Source: a bacterium (GTDB lineage: Bacteria; Zhuqueibacterota; Zhuqueibacteria; Residuimicrobiales; Krinioviventaceae). Taken from it: DNA of 64,000 nucleotides. Shown in pieces: positions 1 to 9,379 of the stretch. Numbering within the stretch: position 1 is the stretch's first letter; each line of letters begins with the position of its first letter. The stretch covers positions 6,432,001 through 6,496,000 of the forward strand of contig OY843751.1 in NCBI GenBank assembly GCA_963693055.1. The letters run 5' to 3'. The notes below the pieces were generated by a model that ran no database searches, was not told the DNA's origin, and saw nothing but the letters and a program-made list of their open reading frames with translations. Both the position numbers and the translations under genes were made by a program.

Positions 1-306
1 CCATCCGAAAACAAAATTGTGAATGAGTGAAGAGGTGCCGGCAGGATGTACCAGGGCAATGATGAACCAGATGCCCACACCCGTAATACCGCCAAACACC
101 ATGGTTAACAATAAAAAGAAATTGGTGTGCTTGTAGACATAATTGTGAACGTCCTTACTGTTTTCCCGATAGCCTTTAAGGTCAGTCAACCAGATAAAAA
201 TACCGCCGCCAACAGCGAGATGTGCCACATAGGCGTGAATAATAGAGATAAGGGCGATCATTGTGCCGCCGCCAATGTTTGTCAGTTCCCATATCGGATA
301 ATTCAT
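1..306 (-). CDS. Membrane protein, cytochrome bd subunit I-like N-terminus (partial, runs off the left edge)
   Basis: Not in the ORF track. ATG at 306-304 overlaps the upstream stop (TGATG). Reads MNYPIWELTNIGGGTMIALISIIHAYVAHLAVGGGIFIWL...; the H..AH.AVGGG helix is typical of CydA-like/cytochrome c fusion proteins of anaerobes. Confidence 0.6.
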   Translation of the reverse strand, partial: MNYPIWELTNIGGGTMIALISIIHAYVAHLAVGGGIFIWLTDLKGYRENSKDVHNYVYKHTNFFLLLTMVFGGITGVGIWFIIALVHPAGTSSLIHNFVFGW

Positions 307-1382
307 CAGTCGGCCCTCCTCTGGTTAGCGGTTACTGCAAGTTTGATCATATATGCTACAATGACAAGACCGGTTACAAAGACCAGTAAAAATAATGCCA
401 GAATGCTGTACTGTGGTTTTAGGACCAGGCTGTCAGTATTAAAGAATCTATCTAAATACATGCTGCGCAGATTCATGCGGGTTATGACCATAATGATGAT
501 TGTAACAAGCAGATGCGCAAACGCCGGAATGAATTTGCCCAGAAATCCGGTTATAATGGCGCCAATTGCCAGCAATATTCCGATCATCAGGATAATGGTA
601 TAGAGCATATTCTGTCCCATGAACTGTAACATGAATTCTTTGGGGATAGCAAGCAGGAACCAGAACCCTACAATGATCTGAACAGATGTGGCGATTGCAA
701 AGATTTGTAATGATTTTTTCATTTTTACATCAGCACCTTTTTCACCTTTGCGCAGTTTCAGGTACCACAACAAGGCCATAAACATTCCCGCTACCGCAAC
801 CGAAGCTGTAAGAAAGTGCAGGTATCTTGGTGCCAGCGTGGGCTCGGAAAGATTGAGGTAATTGCCCGCCCGATGTGAGAAATAGGCGCTCCAGTGTTCG
901 GGCTGCACCATAAGCGTCATATTGTTTACAAAGATAAAAGCGACATAGAGTAGTATTATAACCGTAAACGCGAGCGCGGTTTTTGATAACAGGGCAGAAT
1001 CGTAACGACGGATATGGATATATGCACCATAATATGCTATGATCAACAAGGGGATGATCAAAATCCAGAATACAGCCATTAATACCGAGCTGGAGTAAAA
1101 CAGATGACCATAAATCACCTGGATAAAAAGCAGAGGTGCTACTCCAAAATTGATAGCCAGGGCAAAGGTGGTAGGAACCTTTCCGGCAATGGTTTGATGA
1201 AGACGGTTTTGCAGCGGTTGCGAATCGTCTTTCAAGCGCGAAAAGAGTATGATGAGTGTACCGCCAACCACAATGTTGATAAATAACAGGTGAATAATTA
1301 GTGTGATGACATCCAGAGTCAGGAATATCCAGGATGGGGCCGGAATCGTATCCGGTGTTGGTACCAGGGACAGATTTTGCAT
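306..1382 (-). CDS. Polytopic membrane protein, partner of the cytochrome bd-like gene
   Basis: 358 aa, about 9-10 TM helices, HLLFINIVVGG, NFGVAPLLFIQVIYG and RYLHF motifs; translationally coupled to the downstream gene. Confidence 0.6.
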   Translation of the reverse strand: MQNLSLVPTPDTIPAPSWIFLTLDVITLIIHLLFINIVVGGTLIILFSRLKDDSQPLQNRLHQTIAGKVPTTFALAINFGVAPLLFIQVIYGHLFYSSSVLMAVFWILIIPLLIIAYYGAYIHIRRYDSALLSKTALAFTVIILLYVAFIFVNNMTLMVQPEHWSAYFSHRAGNYLNLSEPTLAPRYLHFLTASVAVAGMFMALLWYLKLRKGEKGADVKMKKSLQIFAIATSVQIIVGFWFLLAIPKEFMLQFMGQNMLYTIILMIGILLAIGAIITGFLGKFIPAFAHLLVTIIIMVITRMNLRSMYLDRFFNTDSLVLKPQYSILALFLLVFVTGLVIVAYMIKLAVTANQRRAD

Positions 1383-1425
1383 AAACTACCTCTCAATTGA
1401 AGCGAACTGTAAGAATTATCCATAT

Positions 1426-1458
1426 AAAAAAGGCCGGTGTCCGAGACGAAACCGGCCT
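1426..1458 (-). terminator. Rho-independent terminator
   Basis: AGGCCGGT...ACCGGCCT stem with an A6 tract on the + strand (U-tract on -), just after the stop of 1465..1800. Confidence 0.6.
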
Positions 1459-1464
1459 GAATTC

Positions 1465-1800
1465 TCAATCTTTTACCATTGCTTTACGTAGGTCGTTTTT
1501 CAAATGATGGATTTTGCGACGTAACGATTTTAATTCACGTTTATCATAGCCTGCTGTTGCAAGCAGCTTGTCGCGCTGTTCTTTCATACCTTTGATTTTT
1601 TTCTTGATACCGGTTTTATCAACTCCCTCGATATGTTTATGCACATGCATATCGATATCAAGGGCTTTACAAATTCCTTCGAGTAAATGCTCTTTGTTCA
1701 TTTGTGTGTAGCCTTGAACTGCCTCATTTTCAATACCCTTGGCAATTTCCCGGAGGTCGGCTACTGTTTTATGTTTGAGCTCATCAAACGTATAAGACAT
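1465..1800 (-). CDS. Small basic protein with a Rho N-terminal-like (HeH) domain
   Basis: Likely start MSYTFDELKHKTVADLREIAK...MNKEHLLEGI, with a GGAGG RBS upstream; Rho_N-like pattern. Confidence 0.6.
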   Translation of the reverse strand: MSYTFDELKHKTVADLREIAKGIENEAVQGYTQMNKEHLLEGICKALDIDMHVHKHIEGVDKTGIKKKIKGMKEQRDKLLATAGYDKRELKSLRRKIHHLKNDLRKAMVKD

Positions 1801-2053
1801 GGTGTGCCTCCTGTTAGGTTGTTTAATGCCTGTCGGAATATCATCGAGAGAGTGTAGGAAAAGTTTAGAAATCTGAATTCGATATATTAATATGTATTGA
1901 GAATATTCAAATTTATCAAGGATTTTCTTGCAAAACATATAAAAATGTATTTTTTTTGTTTCTTTTAAACATATTTTTTAGTGATTTTAAATTTTCAGCT
2001 TGTATATTGAAACAAGCTGTTTATATTTATACACATTTACGGTTTGGTTGATA

Positions 2054-3772
2054 ATGAAAAAACATGTTTTTATATATTTCTTTGTTGTTTGGGTCCTGTT
2101 TTCTGAATTAATGGGACAGGATACGGCTCTACCTCCCTATGAAATTTCTCTTGAGAACAAAATTATTTATCCCCTGGCAGACTGGAAGTTCAAAGCGGGT
2201 GACCAGCTAGAATGGGCAGACCCTGCGTACAATGATTCTTTGTGGCAGCAATCAAAAGATATTAAAAAGAAAAATACAGAGCTGCCCGTTGTCTGGTTCC
2301 GGAAGAAATTTGAAATCAGTGGTTCCGTAGATCAAACGGATATGCCCATCATTACAGCGATTCAACTTGCCAAAGCTTTTCAGGTTTACTGGGATGGCCA
2401 GTTAATTGGTACCAATGGAGACCCGGATACGATTCCTCCTCAATATGGTGATATGATAAAAAGCTGTATAATTCCTCAGAATCTGCTGGAACCGGGCGAA
2501 CATTTACTTGCTGTGCGGGTGAATAACGATTTTCAAAAGATATATAAACGGTATCGTATCTATTTTACTTTTGAAAATAATATGAAGAACATTCGGGGTA
2601 AAACCATACCGGTTTACCATTTTAAAAACGGATTTGAACTGCTGGCGATTATGCTCAGCCTGGCCTTGTTTATTGGTACACGGCATACTTCTTATTTTTT
2701 CTTTGGTATGCACCGTATAGGATATGGTATTTTTACCCTGTATATTTATCTGCTTTACAGCTATCCCATTTCCATGAAATATAATGATTTGATTATGGGA
2801 TTTGTTCAGGTTTTCGATCCGCTTTCGTATGTGTTCCTGGGATTATTTGTATTATACTTTTTTGATATTCCCCGGAAAAAGCTGCATCTTTTACTGCAAC
2901 TGGCAGTGTTTGTTTTTATTTATGTTTTTATAGGCATTCGTTACACGCCGGTTGTCATGTTTTATACCCTTGCATTGGGGCTTTGGGCTGTGATTAGCAA
3001 ACGTCCCAGCAGTATTCTGGTATTTATTGGATTGTTACTGGTAACGCTGGATTTTAATATTGGTTTTGTAATTCAATTGGGATTCAACACCGGCTTTTAT
3101 CCGGATTTTATTTTTGTATTTCTGGCGTTATTGTCCATTAGTCGGCAGGTGAGTCGTCAGGAAAAAGAGTTGCAGCATGTACAATTGCATAATGCCAGGT
3201 TGGAAGCGGATCTGCTAAAAAAGAACATTCAGCCGCATTTTTTAATGAATACGCTGCTAACCATCATATCCTTAATCAAGACACACCCTGAAAAAGCCAT
3301 AGAGTTGATCCGTGCCCTTGCCGATGAATTCAGGATTATCAATAAAATCTCTTCTGAACGTACCATTCGTATCGATAAAGAAGTAGAGCTTTGCCAGAGA
3401 CATTTGCAGATCATGGGGCTGCGCAAAAGCGCTCATTATGAACTGGTTGTAAATGAACTGGATGGTGCGGCAATGGTGCCGCCTATGCTGTTTCATACCT
3501 TGATTGAAAATGGCATAACCCATGCGTATGAAGCTTATGAAAGCGGTACCTTTTACTTGTCCGGTAAAAAGGAAAATGGATATACCCGTTATACATTAAA
3601 GAATACGGTAGGTAATGAGCATACCGCTGATGATAACAAGGGTCTTGAAGAAGGTATGGGGCTTAAATATGTACGTGCGCGATTGGAAGAGAGTTTTTCT
3701 GGCAAATGGGGTCTTGATTACGGCAGAGAGAATGGTAACTGGTATGTAAATATAGAGTTGAGGGGGGAGTAA
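2054..3772 (+). CDS. LytS/YehU-family sensor histidine kinase with an N-terminal periplasmic galactose-binding-like domain
   Basis: Signal peptide; WKFKAGD..WADPAYNDSLW and WFRKKF beta-sandwich; about 7 TM; IQPHFLMNTL and TLIENGITH, GMGL kinase motifs. Confidence 0.85.
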   Translation: MKKHVFIYFFVVWVLFSELMGQDTALPPYEISLENKIIYPLADWKFKAGDQLEWADPAYNDSLWQQSKDIKKKNTELPVVWFRKKFEISGSVDQTDMPIITAIQLAKAFQVYWDGQLIGTNGDPDTIPPQYGDMIKSCIIPQNLLEPGEHLLAVRVNNDFQKIYKRYRIYFTFENNMKNIRGKTIPVYHFKNGFELLAIMLSLALFIGTRHTSYFFFGMHRIGYGIFTLYIYLLYSYPISMKYNDLIMGFVQVFDPLSYVFLGLFVLYFFDIPRKKLHLLLQLAVFVFIYVFIGIRYTPVVMFYTLALGLWAVISKRPSSILVFIGLLLVTLDFNIGFVIQLGFNTGFYPDFIFVFLALLSISRQVSRQEKELQHVQLHNARLEADLLKKNIQPHFLMNTLLTIISLIKTHPEKAIELIRALADEFRIINKISSERTIRIDKEVELCQRHLQIMGLRKSAHYELVVNELDGAAMVPPMLFHTLIENGITHAYEAYESGTFYLSGKKENGYTRYTLKNTVGNEHTADDNKGLEEGMGLKYVRARLEESFSGKWGLDYGRENGNWYVNIELRGE

Positions 3773-3777
3773 TCTGC

Positions 3778-4494
3778 ATGAAGGTTTTGATCATAGAAGA
3801 TGAACCCCCCATTGCGGATTTTATTGAAGAGACAGCACAGCAGGTACTGGGGAGTGAGCTGACCTCTATATCCAAGGTCCATACGGTTGAACGGGCGCTT
3901 TTATTTTTATCTGAGCATTCTATTGATGTTTGCCTTTTGGACCTGAATCTGAACGGTAAAGACGGTTATGATCTGCTGCAGCATTCAGTAGCGGGATCTT
4001 TTCATACAATCATTATCTCGGCATATACAGACCAGGCGGTGCATGCGTTTGAATATGGTGTTCTGGATTTTGTGCCAAAACCTTTTGACGCAGAACGTCT
4101 CCAAAAAGCCTTTGACCGCTATTTTAATTTGTCTTACCGTCATGATCTGGCAATACGCTATTTAACAGTAAAAGATCAGAGCGGCATACGGGTACTGGAT
4201 GTAAATCGCTTTAAATATTTTATGGGTGCGGATAATTATGTAGAGGGGTACATGACGGATGGGCATATGGAACTGTTGGACAAGCCCATATATCGATTAA
4301 TTCAGATTCTTCCGCATCGGTTTGTACAAATTCATCGTTCATGCATTGCAGATATTGAACATGTTAAATCATTTGGTCACGCGGGGCAAGGGAAATATAA
4401 TCTAACTTTGGATTCCGGAGAAATTTTACCACTGAGCAGGTCTAAATATAAAGCTTTGCAAAAACATTTTGAAGTTAACCCCGGTATATTGTAA
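3778..4494 (+). CDS. LytTR-family response regulator
   Basis: Receiver (IIEDE, LLDLNL, KP) plus LytTR domain (FVQIHRSCI, LPLSR). Confidence 0.9.
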   Translation: MKVLIIEDEPPIADFIEETAQQVLGSELTSISKVHTVERALLFLSEHSIDVCLLDLNLNGKDGYDLLQHSVAGSFHTIIISAYTDQAVHAFEYGVLDFVPKPFDAERLQKAFDRYFNLSYRHDLAIRYLTVKDQSGIRVLDVNRFKYFMGADNYVEGYMTDGHMELLDKPIYRLIQILPHRFVQIHRSCIADIEHVKSFGHAGQGKYNLTLDSGEILPLSRSKYKALQKHFEVNPGIL

Positions 4495-4572
4495 TTCACC
4501 CAGCAACATTTTGTGATTCCTTTTTTCTTTATTATTATTAACCAGGAAATTGAAAATATTAGGGAGATGGAA

Positions 4573-7500
4573 ATGAAAAAGGTTTTACTTTTTTGTTTGA
4601 TGATATTCATGTCTTTTAATTTGTTTGCCTCTAACGGAAACTCGGTCAAAGTGTTGGTGCTATTGTCAGAACGCTATGGGCCTAATTATTTTTTAAACCG
4701 GGATGCAATGGATGAATACGGTTGGGATATTACCTTGACGGGACTCACTGAAGAAGTTAAACCGTGTCCATTTTTTGACAACGTGTTTCCCATTACAGTT
4801 GACAGCTTGATTTCAGATATTAAAGATATTATGGCGTACGATGTTCTGGCCCTCATGCCGGTAAGATGGAGGTCAGGAACACCCTATAAAGAAGTGTTGG
4901 AAGATTCAACCACCATGACATTAATTAAAACCGCAGTAGATTCGGGTCTTGTCTTTTGGACCTCATGCGCCGGGGTCCGAGTGCTGGCGGCCGCAGACCT
5001 TTTAAATGATGTAGATATTATTGGTACTGCCAAGTACCAGGACGAATATGTGGCCGCCGGCGCAAACTATTTGGGAGATGATCATCATCCGGTTATTGAC
5101 GGTAATATTATCTCGTGTGTGCGCGACCAGTATTATTATTTGCATAATATTGACGCTATTGCAACGGTGCTTGAGCAAAATGCCCGGAACCAGAATGGAT
5201 CGGCAGTATCCGGAGAGTTGGCAAATAGCCTGGCAGATATTCAGGATGACGATTTAATTTGGGCCAAAACCATTGGCGGATCCGGTTCTGAAGGCGGCAA
5301 AGCAATTATCCAAACGCAGGATGGCGGGTTTGCAATAGCAGGGTATACCAACTCGAACAGTAATGGCTATACGGATTTGCTGGTGCTGAAAACCGATGCT
5401 GACGGCAATGCCGAGTGGAGCAGTACCTTTGGCGGTACCGGCTGGGAATATGGTTATGGTATTGCGGAAACCGCGGATGGCGGGTATGTGGTTACCGGGT
5501 ATACCACATCGGAAAATATGAACAAGGATGTATACCTTGTTAAAGCAGATAATACAGGTAACCTCGTTTGGGAAAAAACATTCGGGTCTGACGGACTGGA
5601 GGTTGGATATTCCGTTTGCGTAACAACGGATGATGATATTTTGATTTGTGGATTTACGGATGCTGATACCAATGGTGAAGAAGATCTGTATGTAATCAAA
5701 ACGGATGATCAGGGTGATTTGATTTGGTCACAAACCTATGGTGAAGAACGGTCAGAGATCGGTCAGTCAATCAAGCAGGCTGCGGATGGCAGTTATATGG
5801 TCATTGGCGCTACCGGGTCAGCATTTAACACTGGCAATCAGGATGTTTGGATGCTGAATCTTGCCGAGAATGGCGATATGAACTGGAACAAGACTTTTGG
5901 CAATACCTCTGATTCCTTCCCCTTTGACTGGGGTAAATCAGCAAGCCAGATGAATACGGGAGAATGGATTATTGCCGGAAACAGCAACATTGTATCTCCT
6001 ATGCAGGCATATGTGGTCAAAACAGATTCAGCCGGAAATCAGGAATGGCAGCTCAATTATGGAGATACCTTTTATGATTATGGCAACAGTGTTTGTGTTA
6101 ATGATGACGGTTCGTTTCTGGTTGCGGGAGCAACCAAGGTTCCGGGAACATTGTATAACCAACTCTATTTGCGGTATTTTGATGAAAACGCAAATGAACT
6201 GTGGACCAAATCCCTTGGTGGAGACAATACGGAATGGGCAAACGCGGTATGCTCGGTACAGGATGGCTTTGTAGTACTGGGTCACACCTGCTCAATGGGT
6301 GCCGGAAAACATGATATACTCTTGCTCAAAGTATCCAACATTGTTCAGGGAGTGGATGTTTTGCCGGGTACCGGTCATGCTCCCCTTGAGGTAGAATTTG
6401 AGGACCACTCTTATGGCTATATTGAATCTTATGAATGGGATTTTGATAGTGATGGTACCATAGATTCATATGAAAAAAGTCCGGTGTTTGTGTTTGAAAC
6501 TCCCGGCGAGTATACCGTCAGTTTGACCTTGAACGGGGGTGGAGTTACAAAGAACTATGAGTTTGAAAATTGTGTACGTGTGTTTAACGGAGAAAGCTCG
6601 CTTTTATTCAACACAGACAGCAGTTACGCCAAATGCCAGCCAACGGATGAACTGAATTTGACGCAAAACCTGACCCTTGAAGCATGGGTAAAACCCTATA
6701 ATTATGGCTCATACGAGTTTGGGAGGATTATTGATAAAGAAAATTTTTCGCTGCATTTGATAGGTGATATACCCGGAATGAACAAAAACAGCGTATCTTT
6801 TTATTTGATCAACAGTAATAATACCATCAGTTATACGGACTCTAAAGAGAATGCGGTACAGCTAAACGAGTGGCAGCATTTTGCTGTGACCTATGAGGCG
6901 GCTACCAGTACGGCAAAAATGTATATTAACGGTGTACTGCAAGAAGCGGATTATTTATATGGTGTGCCTGATGGAGAGGTCATGTTTAACGGCAATTTTG
7001 CTTTGAATATTGGCAACAATATTGATCATAATCTTGCTTTTAACGGATTGATTGATGAAGTGCGTGTTTGGAATATAGTCCGTACTGAACAAGAGATCAG
7101 TACATGGATGTATGATTTTGTAGAAAATGACGCACCAGGATTAATCGGTTACTGGCACATGAATGAAGGCAATGGTAGCGAGCTGACGGATCTCTCGGAC
7201 CATCATAACGATGCTGAAATAGCAAATGTGGTTTGGAAGAATGGAGTGGATGTATTGACCGGAATTGTGGATACAAACTCGGGAGATGCCATGCTGCCGC
7301 AAACCTACGAGCTGGAGCAGAATTATCCCAATCCTTTTAATCCTGTAACCACCATTCGCTTTGCATTGCCCAAAGCTTCGTATGTGAAATTAGATGTATA
7401 TGATATACAGGGACGGCTGGTTAAATCTCTTGCGGATGTCTCGCAAATGCAGGCGGGATATTATACCGCGCAATGGGACGGCACCAATGCGGTAGGAATA

Positions 7501-7581
7501 AAAGTCAGTACAGGAGTTTATTTTTACAGAATACAGACCCGGGATTTTTTAGAATCCAAAAAGATGGTCTATATCAGATAA
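4573..7581 (+). CDS. Secreted multidomain protein: DJ-1/PfpI + beta-propeller repeats + PKD + LamG + FlgD/T9SS-like C-terminal sorting domain
   Basis: Signal peptide; SCAGVRVLAAADLL (DJ-1 Cys); repeated DxxLxKTDxxGNxxWxxTFGG; GHAPLEVEF..WDFD (PKD); TLEAWVKP, WQHFAVTY, IDEVRVWN (LamG); QNYPNPFNP...GVYFYRI. Confidence 0.8.
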   Translation: MKKVLLFCLMIFMSFNLFASNGNSVKVLVLLSERYGPNYFLNRDAMDEYGWDITLTGLTEEVKPCPFFDNVFPITVDSLISDIKDIMAYDVLALMPVRWRSGTPYKEVLEDSTTMTLIKTAVDSGLVFWTSCAGVRVLAAADLLNDVDIIGTAKYQDEYVAAGANYLGDDHHPVIDGNIISCVRDQYYYLHNIDAIATVLEQNARNQNGSAVSGELANSLADIQDDDLIWAKTIGGSGSEGGKAIIQTQDGGFAIAGYTNSNSNGYTDLLVLKTDADGNAEWSSTFGGTGWEYGYGIAETADGGYVVTGYTTSENMNKDVYLVKADNTGNLVWEKTFGSDGLEVGYSVCVTTDDDILICGFTDADTNGEEDLYVIKTDDQGDLIWSQTYGEERSEIGQSIKQAADGSYMVIGATGSAFNTGNQDVWMLNLAENGDMNWNKTFGNTSDSFPFDWGKSASQMNTGEWIIAGNSNIVSPMQAYVVKTDSAGNQEWQLNYGDTFYDYGNSVCVNDDGSFLVAGATKVPGTLYNQLYLRYFDENANELWTKSLGGDNTEWANAVCSVQDGFVVLGHTCSMGAGKHDILLLKVSNIVQGVDVLPGTGHAPLEVEFEDHSYGYIESYEWDFDSDGTIDSYEKSPVFVFETPGEYTVSLTLNGGGVTKNYEFENCVRVFNGESSLLFNTDSSYAKCQPTDELNLTQNLTLEAWVKPYNYGSYEFGRIIDKENFSLHLIGDIPGMNKNSVSFYLINSNNTISYTDSKENAVQLNEWQHFAVTYEAATSTAKMYINGVLQEADYLYGVPDGEVMFNGNFALNIGNNIDHNLAFNGLIDEVRVWNIVRTEQEISTWMYDFVENDAPGLIGYWHMNEGNGSELTDLSDHHNDAEIANVVWKNGVDVLTGIVDTNSGDAMLPQTYELEQNYPNPFNPVTTIRFALPKASYVKLDVYDIQGRLVKSLADVSQMQAGYYTAQWDGTNAVGIKVSTGVYFYRIQTRDFLESKKMVYIR

Positions 7582-7617
7582 AATACCTCCGGTAAAGGTA
7601 TAGCAGCACAACCAATG

Positions 7618-7653
7618 AAAAGGTCCCTGTTTTAAACGGGGGCCTTTTTTTTT
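7618..7653 (+). terminator. Rho-independent terminator
   Basis: AAAAGGTCCCTGTT/AACGGGGGCCTTTT stem followed by a T-run. Confidence 0.75.
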
Positions 7654-7672
7654 AATAATTGAACAAATTTAT

Positions 7673-7700
7673 GATCGCGATGCAGATTTCTGCATCGTGA
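7673..7700. repeat. Short palindrome of the GATCGTGA...TCACGATC family
   Basis: TCGCGATGCAGA-TT-TCTGCATCGTGA; related copies at 16341 and 47505. Confidence 0.5.
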
Positions 7701-7880
7701 AATATCATATAGGGACATTCGTCCAGTAATCGCTTTTTTACCACCCGGTATTAGCCAACTGACGGATCGGGATGTATTTAAGGACAATGGCCGTTTACTC
7801 TTTCTCCTTCTGGTCCTAATCTTCTCGGTTAGTGATAACCGATAACGATAATAAAAAATTGTTCAAGAACACATTGCCCC

Positions 7881-7909
7881 TTGACAAGATCGAAAAATTT
7901 ATCTATCCT
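7881..7909 (+). promoter_or_regulatory. Sigma70-type promoter, unit 1
   Basis: TTGACA (7881-7886), 17 bp spacer, TATCCT (7904-7909); same geometry as unit 2. Confidence 0.75.
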
Positions 7910-7912
7910 AAA

Positions 7913-8062
7913 AAGAGTGCTGGATTGTAAGTTTTATCGAGCGACGAGGGAACTCTCTTGTAATTCAGCGCTACACGGGGTCGTACTACACGTGAATACT
8001 GTAATCTAATTCGCAAAGAGATGCTTATGTACTGTGGGGTACAATATGAAAACAAGGGGAAA
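7913..8062 (+). ncRNA. Conserved structured 5' leader / candidate cis-regulatory RNA, copy 1
   Basis: About 150 nt, near-identical to 9229-9379 (about 10 differences by manual alignment). Begins at the predicted TSS. Long stem AGTGCTGGATTGTAA/TTGTAATTCAGCGCT with G-U pairs, and hairpin TGTACT-GTGG-GGTACA. Confidence 0.6.
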
Positions 8063-8146
8063 CGCTTTAATGGCTTCGTAGAGAATATTCTTATCCATAA
8101 TTATTTTTTTGATCATAATCGAATAATATTCATACAGGAGTTATAG

Positions 8147-8812
8147 ATGAAATTTAAAATTATTTCGTTAATTGTTTTGACCATGAGCATAACCATGCAA
8201 ACCGCGCAGGGTGCGATTGGTCTGAAAGCTGGTGTGAATTATATATATTTTAAGAACAAGGACATTCAATCCGAACCGGCAGAGATGTGGGGAATTTTCA
8301 AAGATTTCCATTTAAGCAAACGTTTTTCGCTTGCCCCGGAATTATTGATCAGCCATAAAAGAGGCAAGCTTTATAACGTAAGAGAAGCACCATGGTGGCT
8401 TTCTTCAAATGGAATAATTAATCATATAAATATTCAAATTCATACTGTTTTTTTAGAAATACCTGTCCTGTTACAATTTTCATTATTTACCAAAGACCAA
8501 TTTACCTTAAACCTGATTGCAGGTCCATCACTTTCAATCGGGTTTAGTGATAAATCGAAAAAGACGATTATACGACAGGACAAATATTTAACAGAACCAG
8601 AAAATTTACAATATGATTACAAATATGCTGATTATAACAGATTCTCCAAATATGGAAAATGTTGGAATTTTGGTATAGAATTAGTCTGGCGCAGGTTTTC
8701 ACTGGAATGCCGATACAGCAATATCAATTATGATCTGGATATGATCGCTGATCTTTGGTTTAAGGAAGAACTCATGCATTCGCTGGCATTAATTGGCGGG
8801 ATACGTTTCTAA
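8147..8812 (+). CDS. Outer-membrane beta-barrel protein (PorT/OMP_b-brl_2-like)
   Basis: Signal peptide, GLKAGVN, FLEIPVLLQF, AGPSLSIG, C-terminal Phe (GGIRF). Confidence 0.8.
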   Translation: MKFKIISLIVLTMSITMQTAQGAIGLKAGVNYIYFKNKDIQSEPAEMWGIFKDFHLSKRFSLAPELLISHKRGKLYNVREAPWWLSSNGIINHINIQIHTVFLEIPVLLQFSLFTKDQFTLNLIAGPSLSIGFSDKSKKTIIRQDKYLTEPENLQYDYKYADYNRFSKYGKCWNFGIELVWRRFSLECRYSNINYDLDMIADLWFKEELMHSLALIGGIRF

Positions 8813-8833
8813 CACAATATAAGGGGAAGTAAA

Positions 8834-9124
8834 ATGAAACAATGTATAAAAGTAGTTTTGATTATTTTATGTTTGACAATAATATCACAATCTCATGCAC
8901 AAATAATAAATGACAATAAAATTCCGGCATCAACCAGGCCTTTGTGGCACCAGGCAGGTCTGTTACCCACAAGCAGAACATTATCACCAGAGACACCAAC
9001 TATAGCAGACAATCTGGTTGTAATTAATGCAAATTCAAGTACATCGGTTGATGATCAAATTGATAACGCAATAACCAACGCAACGGGAACAACAATTATA
9101 TATTCCACCCGGAACTTCCGATGA
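8834..9124 (+). pseudogene. Truncated secreted protein, probable pectate-lyase-3-like beta-helix N-terminus
   Basis: Signal peptide, then DDQIDNAITNATGTTIIY. A shifted frame continues ATT CCA CCC GGA ACT (IPPGT), matching the xxYxPxGT motif, then stops before the unit 2 promoter. Confidence 0.55.
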
Positions 9125-9192
9125 GCCGGGCCATTAAACACCTCAATATTTTGGAATATAGTAAAAAAATTTTCTATTTATCATAATTTATC

Positions 9193-9221
9193 TTGACAAA
9201 AATAAAATTTTTATTTATTCT
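9193..9221 (+). promoter_or_regulatory. Sigma70-type promoter, unit 2
   Basis: TTGACA (9193-9198), 17 bp spacer, TATTCT (9216-9221). Confidence 0.75.
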
Positions 9222-9228
9222 AAGAAAG

Positions 9229-9379
9229 AAGAGTGCTGGATGCGTAAATTTTAACGAGTGACGAGGGAACTCGTTTGTAATTCAGCGCTACACGGGGTCG
9301 TACTATACGTGAATACTGTAATCTAATTCGCAAAGAGATGCTCATGTACTGTGGGGTACAATATGAAAGCAAGGGGAAA
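9229..9379 (+). ncRNA. Conserved structured 5' leader / candidate cis-regulatory RNA, copy 2
   Basis: Near-identical to 7913-8062; inner stem AACGAGT-GACGAGGGA-ACTCGTT inside the AGTGCTGGAT/ATTCAGCGCT stem. Confidence 0.6.

Noticed and set aside
5260-6330. Internal repeats in the large secreted protein as a DGR or variable-repeat locus
   Set aside because: These are ordinary protein-level beta-propeller repeats with diverged DNA; there is no reverse transcriptase or TR/VR pair.
7946-7963. GAGGG followed by TTG-TAA start-stop mini-ORF in both leaders
   Set aside because: Too short to distinguish from chance, and the bases are explained by the RNA stem.
7913-9379. Duplicated leader as a CRISPR repeat, integron attC site or glmS ribozyme
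   Set aside because: Only two 150-nt copies 1.3 kb apart; no cas or integrase gene; no RYYYAAC/GTTRRRY ends. It shares only AG(T/C)GC and GACGAGG words with glmS, lacks the rest of the core, and does not precede glmS.
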